DNA of 55,255 nucleotides, filler included, from Piptocephalis cylindrospora (taxonomy: Eukaryota), in NCBI GenBank assembly GCA_003614145.1. It is 2 parts of 2 records of this genome, joined end to end, with 100 filler letters (N's around TTAATTAATTAA, not from the genome) between each part and the next. Parts side by side here need not be neighbours in the genome. Positions count along the whole stretch, not along the records: positions 27,704 to 55,255 come from KZ987767.1; 1 more part is not named here. The stretch is one strand, 5' to 3'. Below the pieces are notes generated by a model that was not told where the DNA came from, searched no databases, and saw only the letters and a program-made list of their open reading frames with translations. Position numbers and translations under genes: made by a program. Shown here piece by piece: positions 35,007-47,119 of the stretch. Each line of letters begins with the position of its first letter. Position 1 is the first letter of the stretch.

Positions 35007-36302
35007 ATGGACCTCAACCTGGACCCTTTGCATGATGGGATGGCACCTGGGGAAATGCCCTGTCGGTGGCTTGTCAATGTTCGGGAGTGCAAGGATGAAT
35101 GGTACTACGTTGGCATAATTATCATGGGGATGATTCAAGCAGTGATAATGACGGCCTGTGGGCTTTTACTCCTGAGAATGACAAAAAAGGAGCGAGTTAT
35201 TGGATATATTCCGTGGAAGTGGACTAGTTCCACCTGGGCCCACATTGGGTTTGTCCTCCTAGGGCTTCAGCACTTGACTCTTTCTTTGGTCTTCATCCTC
35301 AATCCTCGTACCGCTTATTGGTTTCGACTCTTCCTACAATTTGCCTTTTTCTTCATCTCTTACAACTGCACCCTGCCTTATCTCTTCAGCCTAGTCTCTA
35401 GTAAATTTGTCATTATATGGCAGCGTGATTATCAAGAGATTGTCCGTCGTCGCACCAGGCGTGTCCTATACACCATGCCGCTCATCTTCTCCATCTTCAT
35501 CATCCTCATCTCCCTCTCGGGTTCCTTCCTTGATCGAGGACAGCCTCATACCAGCGAAATTATTTTTCGGATTTCCATGGGTGTGTGTATGCTTGGGAAC
35601 GGAATTGCCGCTTGGGTATGCTATGTGTATGGCTATAGGTTTTCGCATATCCTTTCTCGTCAACTTGAGGATATGAATAGCCACTTTATGGTTTCTGCGG
35701 ACAACTCTGATGCGTCCAGTTCCCCGGATGAACGACCCAGATCCCCTCCCCCACCCGAAATTAAGGTCCCACCTGGATCGAAGTTTCTACCGGGCCCTAG
35801 CGCCGCAGTCTATGCACGCCCCTCTCCAGCAGCTCCTCGCATGGCCCGAACGCTCATGGAGGGGAAAGCCGTCCTGCGCATGATGGGTGTCCTCAATTCC
35901 CTCTTTGTCAGCGTCAACATTACGTGCCTCATCATCGCCCTTCTTTGTTTGGTCTTCCCCGTGAAAATGTACACGGTTCCCATCTTCTCCAAGATCCTCT
36001 TTTTCTTCGCCTTCCCTAATCGCATTGCCTTCAAGACTGTCGTCAGTGTGGCCATGTTCATCGTTGAGCGCAAACGTCTTCAAGATCGGGAGGATCTTCA
36101 GACCGGCCGGGTCACCGCCCTGGAGCGCGTGTGTATCCAAACTAACCGTTACTATGAACTTCACTGCCTTCAAGAGAGCATACAGCTCCAGGAGACATCA
36201 ACCACCAAATCACCCACTGCCAACACTCATGAGGTCGGGGAAGGCTTCTCCACCGTTTCCACGGAAGTCGTATTAGAGGAAGGTATTTTACATCAGAGAT
36301 GA
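35007..36302 (+). CDS. Orphan seven-transmembrane protein, copy 2 (tandem paralogue)
   Basis: Colinear with 32560-33819: MDLxLDPLH..APGEMPCRWLV..RECKDEWYYVG, FRLFLQF, NCTLPYLFSL, WVCYVYGYRF, VPIFSKILFFFA.PNRIAFK, VVL.EG.LH.R*. Confidence 0.8.
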   Translation: MDLNLDPLHDGMAPGEMPCRWLVNVRECKDEWYYVGIIIMGMIQAVIMTACGLLLLRMTKKERVIGYIPWKWTSSTWAHIGFVLLGLQHLTLSLVFILNPRTAYWFRLFLQFAFFFISYNCTLPYLFSLVSSKFVIIWQRDYQEIVRRRTRRVLYTMPLIFSIFIILISLSGSFLDRGQPHTSEIIFRISMGVCMLGNGIAAWVCYVYGYRFSHILSRQLEDMNSHFMVSADNSDASSSPDERPRSPPPPEIKVPPGSKFLPGPSAAVYARPSPAAPRMARTLMEGKAVLRMMGVLNSLFVSVNITCLIIALLCLVFPVKMYTVPIFSKILFFFAFPNRIAFKTVVSVAMFIVERKRLQDREDLQTGRVTALERVCIQTNRYYELHCLQESIQLQETSTTKSPTANTHEVGEGFSTVSTEVVLEEGILHQR

Positions 36303-36713
36303 ATGATAGTACCTGTCCATTCATCCCGAGACCTGATGTACTTTATTAACATATCAGGGATATTTTTCCTCATGCACCTTTCTCAGAGGTATCTCTCTTT
36401 CTCCCCACCTGAGCATATGTTTCTGTACACAGGCCACTGTGTCTACCTGAAATACATAATCTCTCTTGGGTAGGATAAATGGGTGATTGAATCTCTTATG
36501 CCATCGTAATTATCCGTATTTTTCTTTTCATGAAGAGAGATTAAGATGGGCCACGATCTGGCTTATTGATCCCTTTGCGAACAGATGAACGTGTTGGTAA
36601 GTGATGATATTAGAATGCTCTTGAAACCTTTGGTCATTCAACATACACTCTTAGACGGATGTATACTATAGCTCACCCCTTATTTATTACCATTAGATAT
36701 AATTTCTTTGCAA

Positions 36714-37933
36714 TCAAAGTCTTGCCATACGAGTATCTATCTTGCAGGCATCAGAAACAAGAGAGATGAATGTCTTGGGGTGCTGGCAATGGACTAAGTG
36801 GGAGTGATCGTTAGCATCGATTATTCTTAGACCCTCTAACGAACACCGACTCCACAAATTACCTCCCGCTTACCCCAATGTCCTCCCTCAAGACTAACAG
36901 TCTTACTCCGGGGGAAAAACATGGAAAAGAGCTTTTCATCTTGGGCCCTCATGATCGCTGATGAGGTTCCCACCATGAAGGTAACCTTTCCATAGAACTC
37001 CTTGTACGGGAGTCGAGGGTAAGGAAAGTCGGCGAGCTCCTCAAAGCTCGAAGACATCACATTGGCATTAATGCCCGTAGTGAGTGTACCAGTGGTGGGA
37101 GAAGACTTGCAGGACTGTATGAAGTAATCGCGTAGGTACTGGTCCTATAGTAGCCATGAATATACGGCAGGGGCAGAGGTAGTTGTAAGCAGGGGGGTTT
37201 TGATGTGTAATCTCGCCTTGATCATCATTTTGCCTCAAAAATACATACCGGAAAAATGATGCCAAGAGCCTTGTCCATCTCCGGGATGGATCGAATATCA
37301 TTTTGCTCGATGAGCCGGGTTGCAAGGTCACAGTTATGGAAATTTTCTGGGACAAAGATGGGCCTGGGTGGGGTATCCAAGATCACTAGACTATGTACGC
37401 GTCCTTGAACCTGAGGATTAGGGTGAAGAGCCATTGTCATGGCAGCCTTGGCTCCCATGGAGTGGCCGACTAGAACAGCTTTGGTCATGCCACGGTCCTG
37501 CATGTACCGATCGATGTCCATGGCAAGCTCAGCATAGTGCATCTCGGAAGAATCCTCAGACTCCCCGTGGTTTCGCATATCCAAGGCATGGACGACGGAT
37601 CGAGCATGGTCAGCGATAATCTGAGGAAAAATATCCCAGTTGTGTCTGCTTCCATAAAATCCATGCACGAGAATAACTGGTACGTTGGGGACGAATATTC
37701 CCTTGGTTGCCACCTTAGGATGGAACAAACTTGATTCCAATCGTACCGGGATGGGATCACGCACCCTAGGACGGCTTGGGCTGGGTGTCTAGGATGTGAG
37801 CTCTTTTTCTGGGAGATATAACATACGATATGATCTAGTAATACACTCACTTGAAAGGGTGATTCCGAGATGAATCACATGTCGGCACGATAATCCTCCT
37901 TGGAGTTTCTGTTTCCTGGATATTGTGATTCAT
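36714..37933 (-). CDS. Alpha/beta hydrolase, ABHD11-like, multi-exon, C-terminal PTS1 (ARL)
   Basis: PVILVHGFYGSRHNW, HALDMRNHGES, nucleophile GHSMG, catalytic His EGGHW|VH; last exon ends DTRMARL*. Confidence 0.87.
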
Positions 37934-39765
37934 TCTGGTAAGAAGTTATGGATAAAGGCTGGGGGGGAGAGGTATGGGATAAATGTGAAGGGGTAAATAT
38001 AGTTAAGGATACTGAGGATATAATGCAATGGGGAACGAGTAGGAAATGGCTTAGGGTAATGGATGGACCGATAAATTGATGAGGATGAGATGGTGAGGAA
38101 ATCTAGGGGAGAAGCTCCCCTTCAGACAATTGCTTTATACTTGAGCCTGAATGGCATTGTCGACACGAATCCTTTCTTCATGGAAAGCGCCCATCCCCTC
38201 CAGGACTTGGTATTTCCCGCGTAACATGCGTGAGCGTAGTCTTGGGTAGGGGATGAGCGACTGAAGTATGCAATGATGAGTGCCTTTGAATGTCTTCTGG
38301 ATCACCTGCTCTAAGATGGGTCCTTAGGAAACTCACTGTGGTTATTACTGGGGGCCTTCTTTCGCTCCTGAGGATGATGGGTTTTCCTAGATGGAAGAGG
38401 GCTCAAGGGGGGGGAAGGGGGAAGTAGCCATATGCACAAGCGCATATCTCTTCCTACGGTATCTGGGATATAAGCTGGGATATTGAAAGACCAAGGCAGG
38501 GTCTACCCTGGGATCATCTAGGGAGGATGGGTGCTCCAGAGCCTCATATCTCCCTGTTAGGGTCTCAGGGATAACTCGTGTCAGTCTGAACTATACCGTC
38601 GTTCTGATGGACCCTTGCCTTTGTGGGCTAAAGACCGTACCCCCCTCCCCCCCCCCCAAATAACTTTACTCGGGTACTCATTTGTATCAGACCCTGAAGC
38701 CTCTTTCCTATCTCTTCCACCCCCTACCCCTACCTAGACACCGGCCCCCATGATGACAAAGGGGCCCTGGAGACCGAGGGAAGGGAATCTAACCCCGGTT
38801 TGCCTTGTCTGCATGGTGCCCCTCGTCCGCCTTGTGCATCATGGCACATTACATGCAACCCTCCCCAAGTGTCTATTCACTTTCGTCCATCCTCTTTGCA
38901 TGGGATGAGCAAAGGAGCTATAGCACTACACACCAATCAAATCTTAAAATTCCAGTCGTAGGAAAAGGGCATGCAGCTGTCTCCCTTGGCATCCCTCCTT
39001 CGCCATAGGGGGATGTTGGTGGATTTTGTGGGTGACCGTATGTTTTATGTGGAGCGCTTCATGAATGTCTATCTGTATTTTAGAGAAAAAATGGTGGACT
39101 CATAGCCCCTCCTCGATTGCATTTATATATCTATTCACATGTACGAAAAGCGCGTCAGCCCTCCAACCCACCTGGCACCTATCGTTGTACAGACATTACA
39201 CCTTGGATATACCGTATGGGTATGAACTCTAGGGCCTTTTTCTTTACACAATAGTTCTGTAACAAGGATGGGGAGTAGGGTGGATGATAGGATGGTTCAT
39301 GGTGCATGGGCTATTATTTTCAAAGGAATCAGAGTCCTACCTTCTTACTCCCCATGAACAGAGTTGACACCATGAGCGCACTTTCTAATGTCATTTGTCT
39401 TGTGACCCATAATCGATCCATCATTTCCTCCCTCTGGTTTGGCCAAACTATATACATGTGCGTAGGAGTAAACCTCAATTTAAGAAGCTGAGTCTTTCTA
39501 TGATGCTGAATGTATGCGCATGAGGGCAGGGCTTAGACTACAGCCCCCCCAATTCTGAATAAGCAAAGCCTTTTCCTTTCCTTATTGTCTAACTCCCGCT
39601 GTGATGATAATACTACCAATGAGTTCTAATAGCTTTTCTTTACCGTTCAAAAAATACAGTATCTATACTTCCATCAAGCCAGCTTCATCGACTCCCTCCC
39701 TCCCACTGTAGAGGAACTGACCACTCACAGCCCAAAAACGCCATAGATATTGGTGAGGGGAGTGC

Positions 39766-40943
39766 TTATCCATAGGGGTTGGACCATGGGGAGAAAAAGT
39801 CAAAGTCAATGCAAATAAGCATAGCCAGCATCAGAGCCCTCTCTGATATAGTCATGGGGTAAAGTTGGCTGGAGTGGATGTCCTTTATACTCTCCATCTC
39901 CATGATGTACTTTCCCGTGTCGGTGAAGGCCTATCGAGTAGATGATGATGAGTGGGGCGCTGAGGTACTATGTCCTTAAAGAATATCTTGAATTCTAAGC
40001 ACTTCCAAGATGGCCAACCCCTAAACCTTACCTCACGTAAGGCTCCTCGAAACCTTCGGCTGATATGGCCCATGAAATGACCGTCCTTTCCTTTTAGGGA
40101 AAAATCCCAAGAGAGGACACCTTCCCGGACTTTGGCAAACATTTCATCCCTGGGGAAGGGAAGAGTGGTGAGAGGGGCATGCACAAATGTACTTGACCCA
40201 TATCACACCCTAATTTACCCCAGGTATAGATTATACCGTCGCTTCCAGGCGTGGCATCGTCGTTCAATATAGCCAAGACGGTCCCCTTGAGCGTTAAGTA
40301 CATGTATTTCACTGTTGAACCAGGTGTAAGGCCTTGCCATCTATCGAGGAAGGGGAAGAAGGAAAGGGTATGAGTGACTTAGGGCGTCGTTTCCACCTCA
40401 AATGAGCGCCACTTGATCAACATACATGAAGGAGAATATTCCCTTTAATATCCTGCAGGGTAGCTTTGAAAGGCCGATGAGCCCCGAGAAATTGGCGCAG
40501 CATGGTCTTGCCAAAATGGCCCTTTGGATCCTCTACCACCCATCCCAACCGCTTCCCATCCATGTCAGAAATGAGGAATTTTCTGGTCTTTTCCACTCCC
40601 TAAAGCATCTCGAGGGAAATAGGGGTGGTAAGTGGGACCGCCTATCCCGCCACTACTCCGCAAGTATAGATGGTCTACCTACAAGACTCTCTAACGTCCG
40701 GTACTTTCGTTTAACAATCACAGCTCCACTCTGTCCAAGGACAGCCATGGCGTCCTCGGCACCATCCTCGGGGATGGGGCAAGTAGAGCCACCCTTCAAG
40801 GTGATGAAGGGGATCTCTGTGCTAGAGACATTAGTGCAAAAGGAGGTGGTCGAAGTGGGGGTGGCTAGTGGATCGGTGCTCGGAAGGGCTGGGACCGAAC
40901 GCCGACGGCGGAGCCACTGGTGCTGCTTAGTTGGTGGTCCCAT
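39766..40943 (-). CDS. Phospholipid scramblase / Aim25-like protein, multi-exon, divergent
   Basis: FAKVREGVLSWDFSLKG..GHISRRFRGALRE|AFTDTGKYIM..MTISERALMLAMLICIDFDFFS matches the scramblase C-terminus. The 5' end is uncertain. Confidence 0.75.
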
Positions 40944-41734
40944 CGTGCGAAGATGGATGGGAATGAGGATGAGGTTGCAGTGGAAGAGCTCAATAGGAAG
41001 GGGTAGGCCAGGAATAACCTTTAGGGAGTGGCTAGGTGGAGGTGGAGGCCAACCAACAGAAAAAAGAGGTGAGTTATCGAGGAGGGCAATGGGTTCTGGG
41101 CAAGGATTGGGACATGGGAAGAGGACAGATGATGAAGTAAAGAGGGAAGGAGGAAGGAAATAATCAATTAGCAAGATGAGACTAGCAGCGGGAAGCCATC
41201 TAAAATGATGGCATACATGCATCATTAGGAAGGAATGGAGGCGGGGTGTTAATTCCTGCTCGCGACTCACCATCGGACACATAGACTAGCTTGAATGGGC
41301 CCAGTGAATGGATGCATCAGGTGATAATGTATGTGCACATGAAGATTGGAGGAGCCATATTGATCTAGGAGGAGGTTTCGTGTTCACTCCGAGTGGCTGA
41401 GGTGGGGTGACCCAGGTGAGCGCTTCGGAGAGTGTGGCAAGAAGGTGAGTGAACACGAGGAAGGACTTGGTCGAAGATCAACGTTTAAAGGGGTTTGAAC
41501 TGTAGAGCGAGTGTCGACCGTCTCGTTGTCGGGCACTTTCAAATGAAGATGGAAGAGAGAAATGGAATGCATGGCCAATGGAATGATGTGTTGCTACTCT
41601 CGTTCATCTGATACTACCCTAAAAATATCCTAGTTTCAGGTACCGTAACATCAATTGCCACTCAAAATAGCCAATACACCATCGACGTAACCAGCCTGGT
41701 TTTTTTTTAAAAATAAATGAAAGGTGAATGTGTC

Positions 41735-43266
41735 TTAAAAATGACCTTGAGAATGCCTTATCATTGCATCACTACGTCCCATCCTCTCATGTCCCTTGGT
41801 GTTTATATTGCCCTTGGGAGTATAGGTAACATCTACCAAATCAGGCCATTCGTTACTCCAAACCGATTCATCTACCCAATCAGACCATTCGTTACTCCAA
41901 ACCGATTCATCCTTGGAAGAATCGAATGATCTGTAACTCGAGGGCCTTGGAGAGGATGAGTCCATGGAGTGAGTATAAGGAGGAGAGGGGCCGATTGACG
42001 ATCCCGATTCCCTCCTGTCATGACCAAAGCTGGGTAATGATGCCCGAACGGTAGTAGGGTCCACGGGGATGATCTTAGAGTTCTTGTAGGACGATTTCAG
42101 CTTTTCGTGCAACCAAGGGATGACATCCCGCATTAGACGGATGAGATTACGAACGACACGACTGCCTTTCATCTCTTGGATGAATCTCCAATCATCAGCC
42201 AAGAAAATGTGTTCTGTCAGGTCACTGATTTTCAGCACATGTCCGACAGCAGAGGCTTTGGCAGTGTATGTAAGATGGCTTGAAGTATCGGATGGGGAGG
42301 ATAATAAGGCCAAATTATCCTTGAAGATTCTCAAGAGGAGTGGGTTGGCTTTAATCAGCGAGGATTTGGACCTGAGATAAGAGATTCGGGAGGCCAAGGC
42401 TTCTACATTTTTAAGCAGAAGGTGATTGAGCATGACCAATTCGTTTTTGATCCAACGATACGATACTTGGAGTGGAGGAGCGTTTTCACCAGAAATAGCA
42501 TAGGCAATGGCGTTTTGGGGCCGAGATAGAAGGATGTGATGGTAAATGACCCCATACACCAGGTTAGAGACCCCGCGAAGATGCTCGTACATGATTGGAA
42601 CCTGCTTCTGAGGTAAGGGCCAGTATTTATCATAATAAAGGTGTGCATCGTTAATGGAAATGAAATTGAGCTTCATATACGCATTCCGAATCATCCTGGC
42701 GGCACGTAGGGGAAGGGTATAGGGGTTCAATGAGACGCCGGGCATCATATAGGGCCCACCTTCCGCCAGGATATTCGCCCGATTATAGAGCACAATCGGA
42801 TGAGGCTCCAGAGGGTGACTGGGATCGACGGCAGTAAAGAGTTGCTGCAAAAGTTTAGAAAGGGAGTGGGAAACCTCTTGGTACGAGCGCACTGCTTTTA
42901 AAACCCCTAACCTAGGCTGATACGGGGTGAAAGCGAGCCAAATAGCCGGGAGGCCAGGAAGGGTAGGGTACAAATCCTGAAGAAGGGAGCATTGGCGGGA
43001 GCCTTTCTGAGAGGTGTAGCATTCATTGAGCACTTCAGGCAAGAACAGCATAAGGTAATCGACCTTTCTAAAGGTCCATTTCCCTTCGAGTTCGGCGACT
43101 GGGTTTGAAATAGTGTGAGGGCGACAGCCTAGGAGGCACGAAAAGGAAGAGGAGACTTACAATTATATGGCAAAAGCTTAGCTCTTCGGTCAAATTTAGA
43201 TGCGGTAAAGGATGGAGAAAGAAGGGATAGATGAAAAATGAGCAAGATGAATAAGGACGGCCGCAT
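41735..43266 (-). CDS. Secreted orphan protein (~489 aa), exons 43161-43266 and 41735-43098
   Basis: Exon 1 MRPSLFILLIFHLSLLSPSFTASKFDRRAK (signal peptide). A 62-nt GTAAGT..CAG intron joins it in frame to the 438-aa ORF. Confidence 0.7.
41831..41911. repeat. 39-bp tandem duplication (coding; DESVWSNEWSDWV / DESVWSNEWPDLV)
   Basis: 41831-41869 and 41870-41908 differ at only 2 positions. Confidence 0.9.
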
Positions 43267-45526
43267 CAGAGGATAAATGAGGAAAGGAAGATGGGTCGTG
43301 ACTGTATCAGCGGGAGAGAGGTCTTAGAGGACGTAAGGGCGTAATCCAAAGGGAAAAAAAGATGAGAGAGGGGCAGGAGGCGTCCCCTCCCCCTGGAGAG
43401 TATCTCGGGCCAAGAGCACTGTGATCTTATAGCTTTATCTGGGCAGGAAAAAACGAAAGGATAGTGAGAGCGACATGAGCAGGTCGGAAGGCTACGGACA
43501 CAGGTAAACGGGCACCGGTGTAAGGGGCTTGGCCACTGGGCCGATAGCAGACGAGAGCAAAGGTGGGATGATAAGATACGGAGGGAATGAAGGGGGGCAA
43601 TATCAGCTTCAGGCGGTGGTTACACAGGGCGAAGCCTCCTAGCAGCAATGGTGTGGGGGGATTGACGTATATAGCATAGATTGGACTGATTCACGATGTG
43701 CTGATCTTTACGAGGGTTCATTGGATCCCGAGTGGCGGAATTGGAGAGCTGTGTGTGATCCTCTTTCAGCTTACCCTCTTTGAGCCTATGCTGCAAAGAT
43801 AAGCGGGCCGATGATGATTGGGCAGAGGAGCAGGGCGATAAACAGCAAAGAATGACCATGATGAACGATAGACGAGACATGTGAAATATTGTAATTGATG
43901 TATAAGTTAGCTCTTTGCAACCCCTTAGGATGCAAGCAAGGCACTGGAAAGTCTCTGAGCATCATGCCCTCCAACATAGTCCACAGGGCTTGAAATTAGC
44001 ATTTACTGAAAAGAAAAAAGGCATTAGTCCCATGGCTAAAGAGTGCAAGTATTCGACTGGGAGGTATTCCCTCCGTCTTTTGCGAAATGACGCCTGTGCC
44101 CTATCGAGCACATGACCGGCAGGTTCCTTTAAACTTAACTTGCGTTCTATTCTACAGAAGTACTCAATGTCCATTTTAAATCATGCTGTGTCTTATGGCT
44201 TGAGGTAGAAAGACTGAATGGTACGAAAACCTAGGATGAGATGACTATTCAGGATTTCCCTTTCCTTGGTTTACTGACAGAGCAGCGCAATAAGCTGGCG
44301 GCCTAGTTTCATTGCTTCTTCGCGGAGAATAAACCTTTGCTTCTCATGGTGGTTAGATTGGACCAGACGTGGTGGAAAAGAGAGATAGCGTATGGATATC
44401 CATTCTAAGCGACTCTCTCGGGCAATGACTTTCTTGGTCATATCAGGGACATGTTTGTCGAGGAACTTCTTGACAGCGTCATTATCCTATCCCGGCGCTG
44501 TGGCATTAATGTACCAAAGCTGGATGTTGTCATCGAGGTTTTTTTTCCTTACTTTAGCCCAAAGGACAATCGAGAGGCAATTCGAGACAAGCAGAGAGGG
44601 AAGGCGGATATGATGTATGAATCCTGATAGGAGCTTACCAACAAGCTGAAAACTACCTCAAAACTCCTTTTTGTTTGGAATATTTAGGTCATTGGAGAGC
44701 AAATCCGTGATTTTTGATACTGTAAAGTAGAAAAGCGCGCCTTGTTCCCTTCGGAGTATTGACGAACCTTATCTCCGAGGTCATTGGCTGAAGTTCCTTC
44801 TTCCTTTCAGGTGTTTTTCAGCAACGTTGAGCATGCTGGATATCATCTATAAAATGGCGGGGCTGGATGGAGAGGCAGATGGGGGCGATGAGACTCGAGT
44901 CCACGACCGCGAACTTATTTATAATTTTAAGCCACGCACGCGAAGTAAAATCATTCATTTCAAATTGCCACAGCGCTGGGTGATGCCCCTTTGGAGACTT
45001 TTTCGGAGGGTGAGCCTCATGGTCGTATATGGCTGGCAGGGAGGGAAATGAAGTGGGGCTTGTCTGGGTTGGTCCGTGTAGGCGGTGGGGGCGGGGCCGG
45101 CTTGGCTCACATCAATGCATCGGGGAGTTGTATGCTGGGGGAACCAAAGGGGAGATGAGATTAGGGAGGTGTGTGAGAGGGGCAAGTCTCGGTGGGATTT
45201 GGCACACTGTCATTTCAAGCCGCCATGCTGCATCTGGCTGTGGGTGATGAGAATCAAAGGGCAGTGTTTCTCTCCCCTTGACCCAATGAATCCACTGTAA
45301 CGATAAATATTTTTTCCAAGGCGTGTGTGGTTCATCTCATCTCGCTCCACTTCCCTCTACCCTCTTCCATAGCAGCATGACTGGAAAGGAGATGAATGGG
45401 GCACGCTCAATAATAATAGCCGGGAAAGGAGGCGCGCCTCATACTCCTCATTATCCCCAGGGGCGGCAGTACACCTGCCAGCACCCAGCCTTTTATTTCC
45501 CCTTCCACCAAGAAAGCCAAGGCTGC

Positions 45527-45574
45527 ACATACACACACATACACACACACACACATACACACACACATACATAC
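45527..45574. repeat. Imperfect (CA)n microsatellite
   Basis: CACATACACACACATACACACACAC... run. Confidence 0.9.
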
Positions 45575-46140
45575 AGCACTAAAGTATGAATGTGTAAGGC
45601 TGTAAAGTACGGGTCTATGGTTGTAAGATAACAGGCCACTCTCCCCAGACTTCACACACACACACATACGCACATCTCGCCCACCATATTTCCCCTCCTT
45701 CACCCAACCCATCCGCCACCTGGGCATCAGCCTTACCCCTTATTCCCCACTTTCCCTGACGGGTCTGGCTCACCACGGCTTCCCATAATCATCCCGCCCG
45801 CTTGCCCCGCCCCATCCAGTCATACCCTCAAGCAAGCAAAGATCCGCTACCCAAAGTCTACCCTAAACCAACCCAGGCCAGCCTCCCCTCTCGACGAGTC
45901 ACTGGTACCTTTCCTCCTTTCTCTCTTCTTTTCCCGTTGACTACCCCGCTCCACCCCATCCCAACCTTCCTCTTCTCTTCTCTTCTCTGCTCCAAATTCC
46001 CCTCCACCCTCCCTCCCACACACATACCATCGTTTTCCTCCACCAGACTACAATCACCCCCCCCCCCCTCTCCACCTCAAATCCCTCAGTCGAATCTTTC
46101 CCCTCCCCCATCCTTAGTCGAGCCGTTCTCTCCGTTACTC

Positions 46141-47119
46141 ATGCCCGCCGATCGCCATCAACGGACAACGACTACAGACCGTAGTAACCCCATCGTCTCG
46201 TCCTCGGACGACAAGTCTGTCAGTGCTCTATCCGTCCCTTCGAACCGGGAAGCCGAGTCGGTCAACGGACTTCGAGTAGTTCGTTCCCTGGAACGGGAGG
46301 AGCGACACATCTTCTCCACTCGTCTACAGTCAGCCATCATGGAGGATAATAGTAACCGAGGTAGGTGATCGTGTTGTTGGATGAGAGAGAATGAGAGGTA
46401 TTGATCTTGAGATGGAGCCTCGGCGGTCCTTTTTCTACATCCCCACTCCATGCTCATTTCTTTCCCCTCCCCACCTCCATCCCCTAGTTAAACGTCTCTT
46501 GGCAGACAAGGTCAATATTGCCTATGAGCCTGGTGCGGCCACCCCAGTGCACTCATGTGCTCGATCGGACAAACCAAAGTGCTGCAGGGTTCTATTGGAA
46601 TTTGGCTTTGATCCCAACCACACAGACCATAAGGGTCGGACGCCCCTGGCCGTGGCTGTGGCCAATGGGAGTTCCCAGTCCTCCCAGGTCATTGAGGAAT
46701 ATGGCGGGGTCCTCCAGGCCCGTACCAACATCCAGGCCGTCCAGGATACCGAGTTGGATGACCTGGCCGGGGATATGGCTGGGATGATGGATGCCAATGC
46801 TGTCACCTCCGTTACCCTGAACAATCTCGCTGCGCAGATCAACAACGTTGTCAAGATGGATGGGAAGCCCATGGGCGAGGGCTCCTCCTGTGCTCCCCAG
46901 ATAGGCTCAGAGGCCGCAAGGAGAAATGGCTCCTCTGTCCCAGGCTCCGAGGCGCGAGAGAATGACAACAGCAGCATGGGGGAGGAGGAAGGAGAGAGGA
47001 AAGAGACCTCCACCGCTTCCTCCACCATCACCCCCCGCCACCTCCAGCGTATGAGAAAGAGTCGGGGAACATTTCCTTGCTTTGGGAATGGGAAAGGGAG
47101 AGGACAGAGAAGAAGCTGA
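46141..47119 (+). CDS. Small ankyrin-repeat protein, copy 1 (intron 46361-46487)
   Basis: LQSAIMEDNSNR|VKRLL, TPVHSCARSDKPKCCRVLLEFGFDPNHTDHKGRTPLAVAVANG. The 3' end may differ from this model. Confidence 0.8.

Noticed and set aside
38273..38371. C/D box snoRNA call
   Set aside because: No terminal stem, and the putative guide gives only a short, mismatched pairing to the conserved LSU GAAAGAAGACCC as I recall it. Not listed as a feature.
41831..41911. CRISPR-like or mobile-element repeat
   Set aside because: Only two adjacent units with no spacer, inside a eukaryotic CDS; a simple coding tandem duplication.
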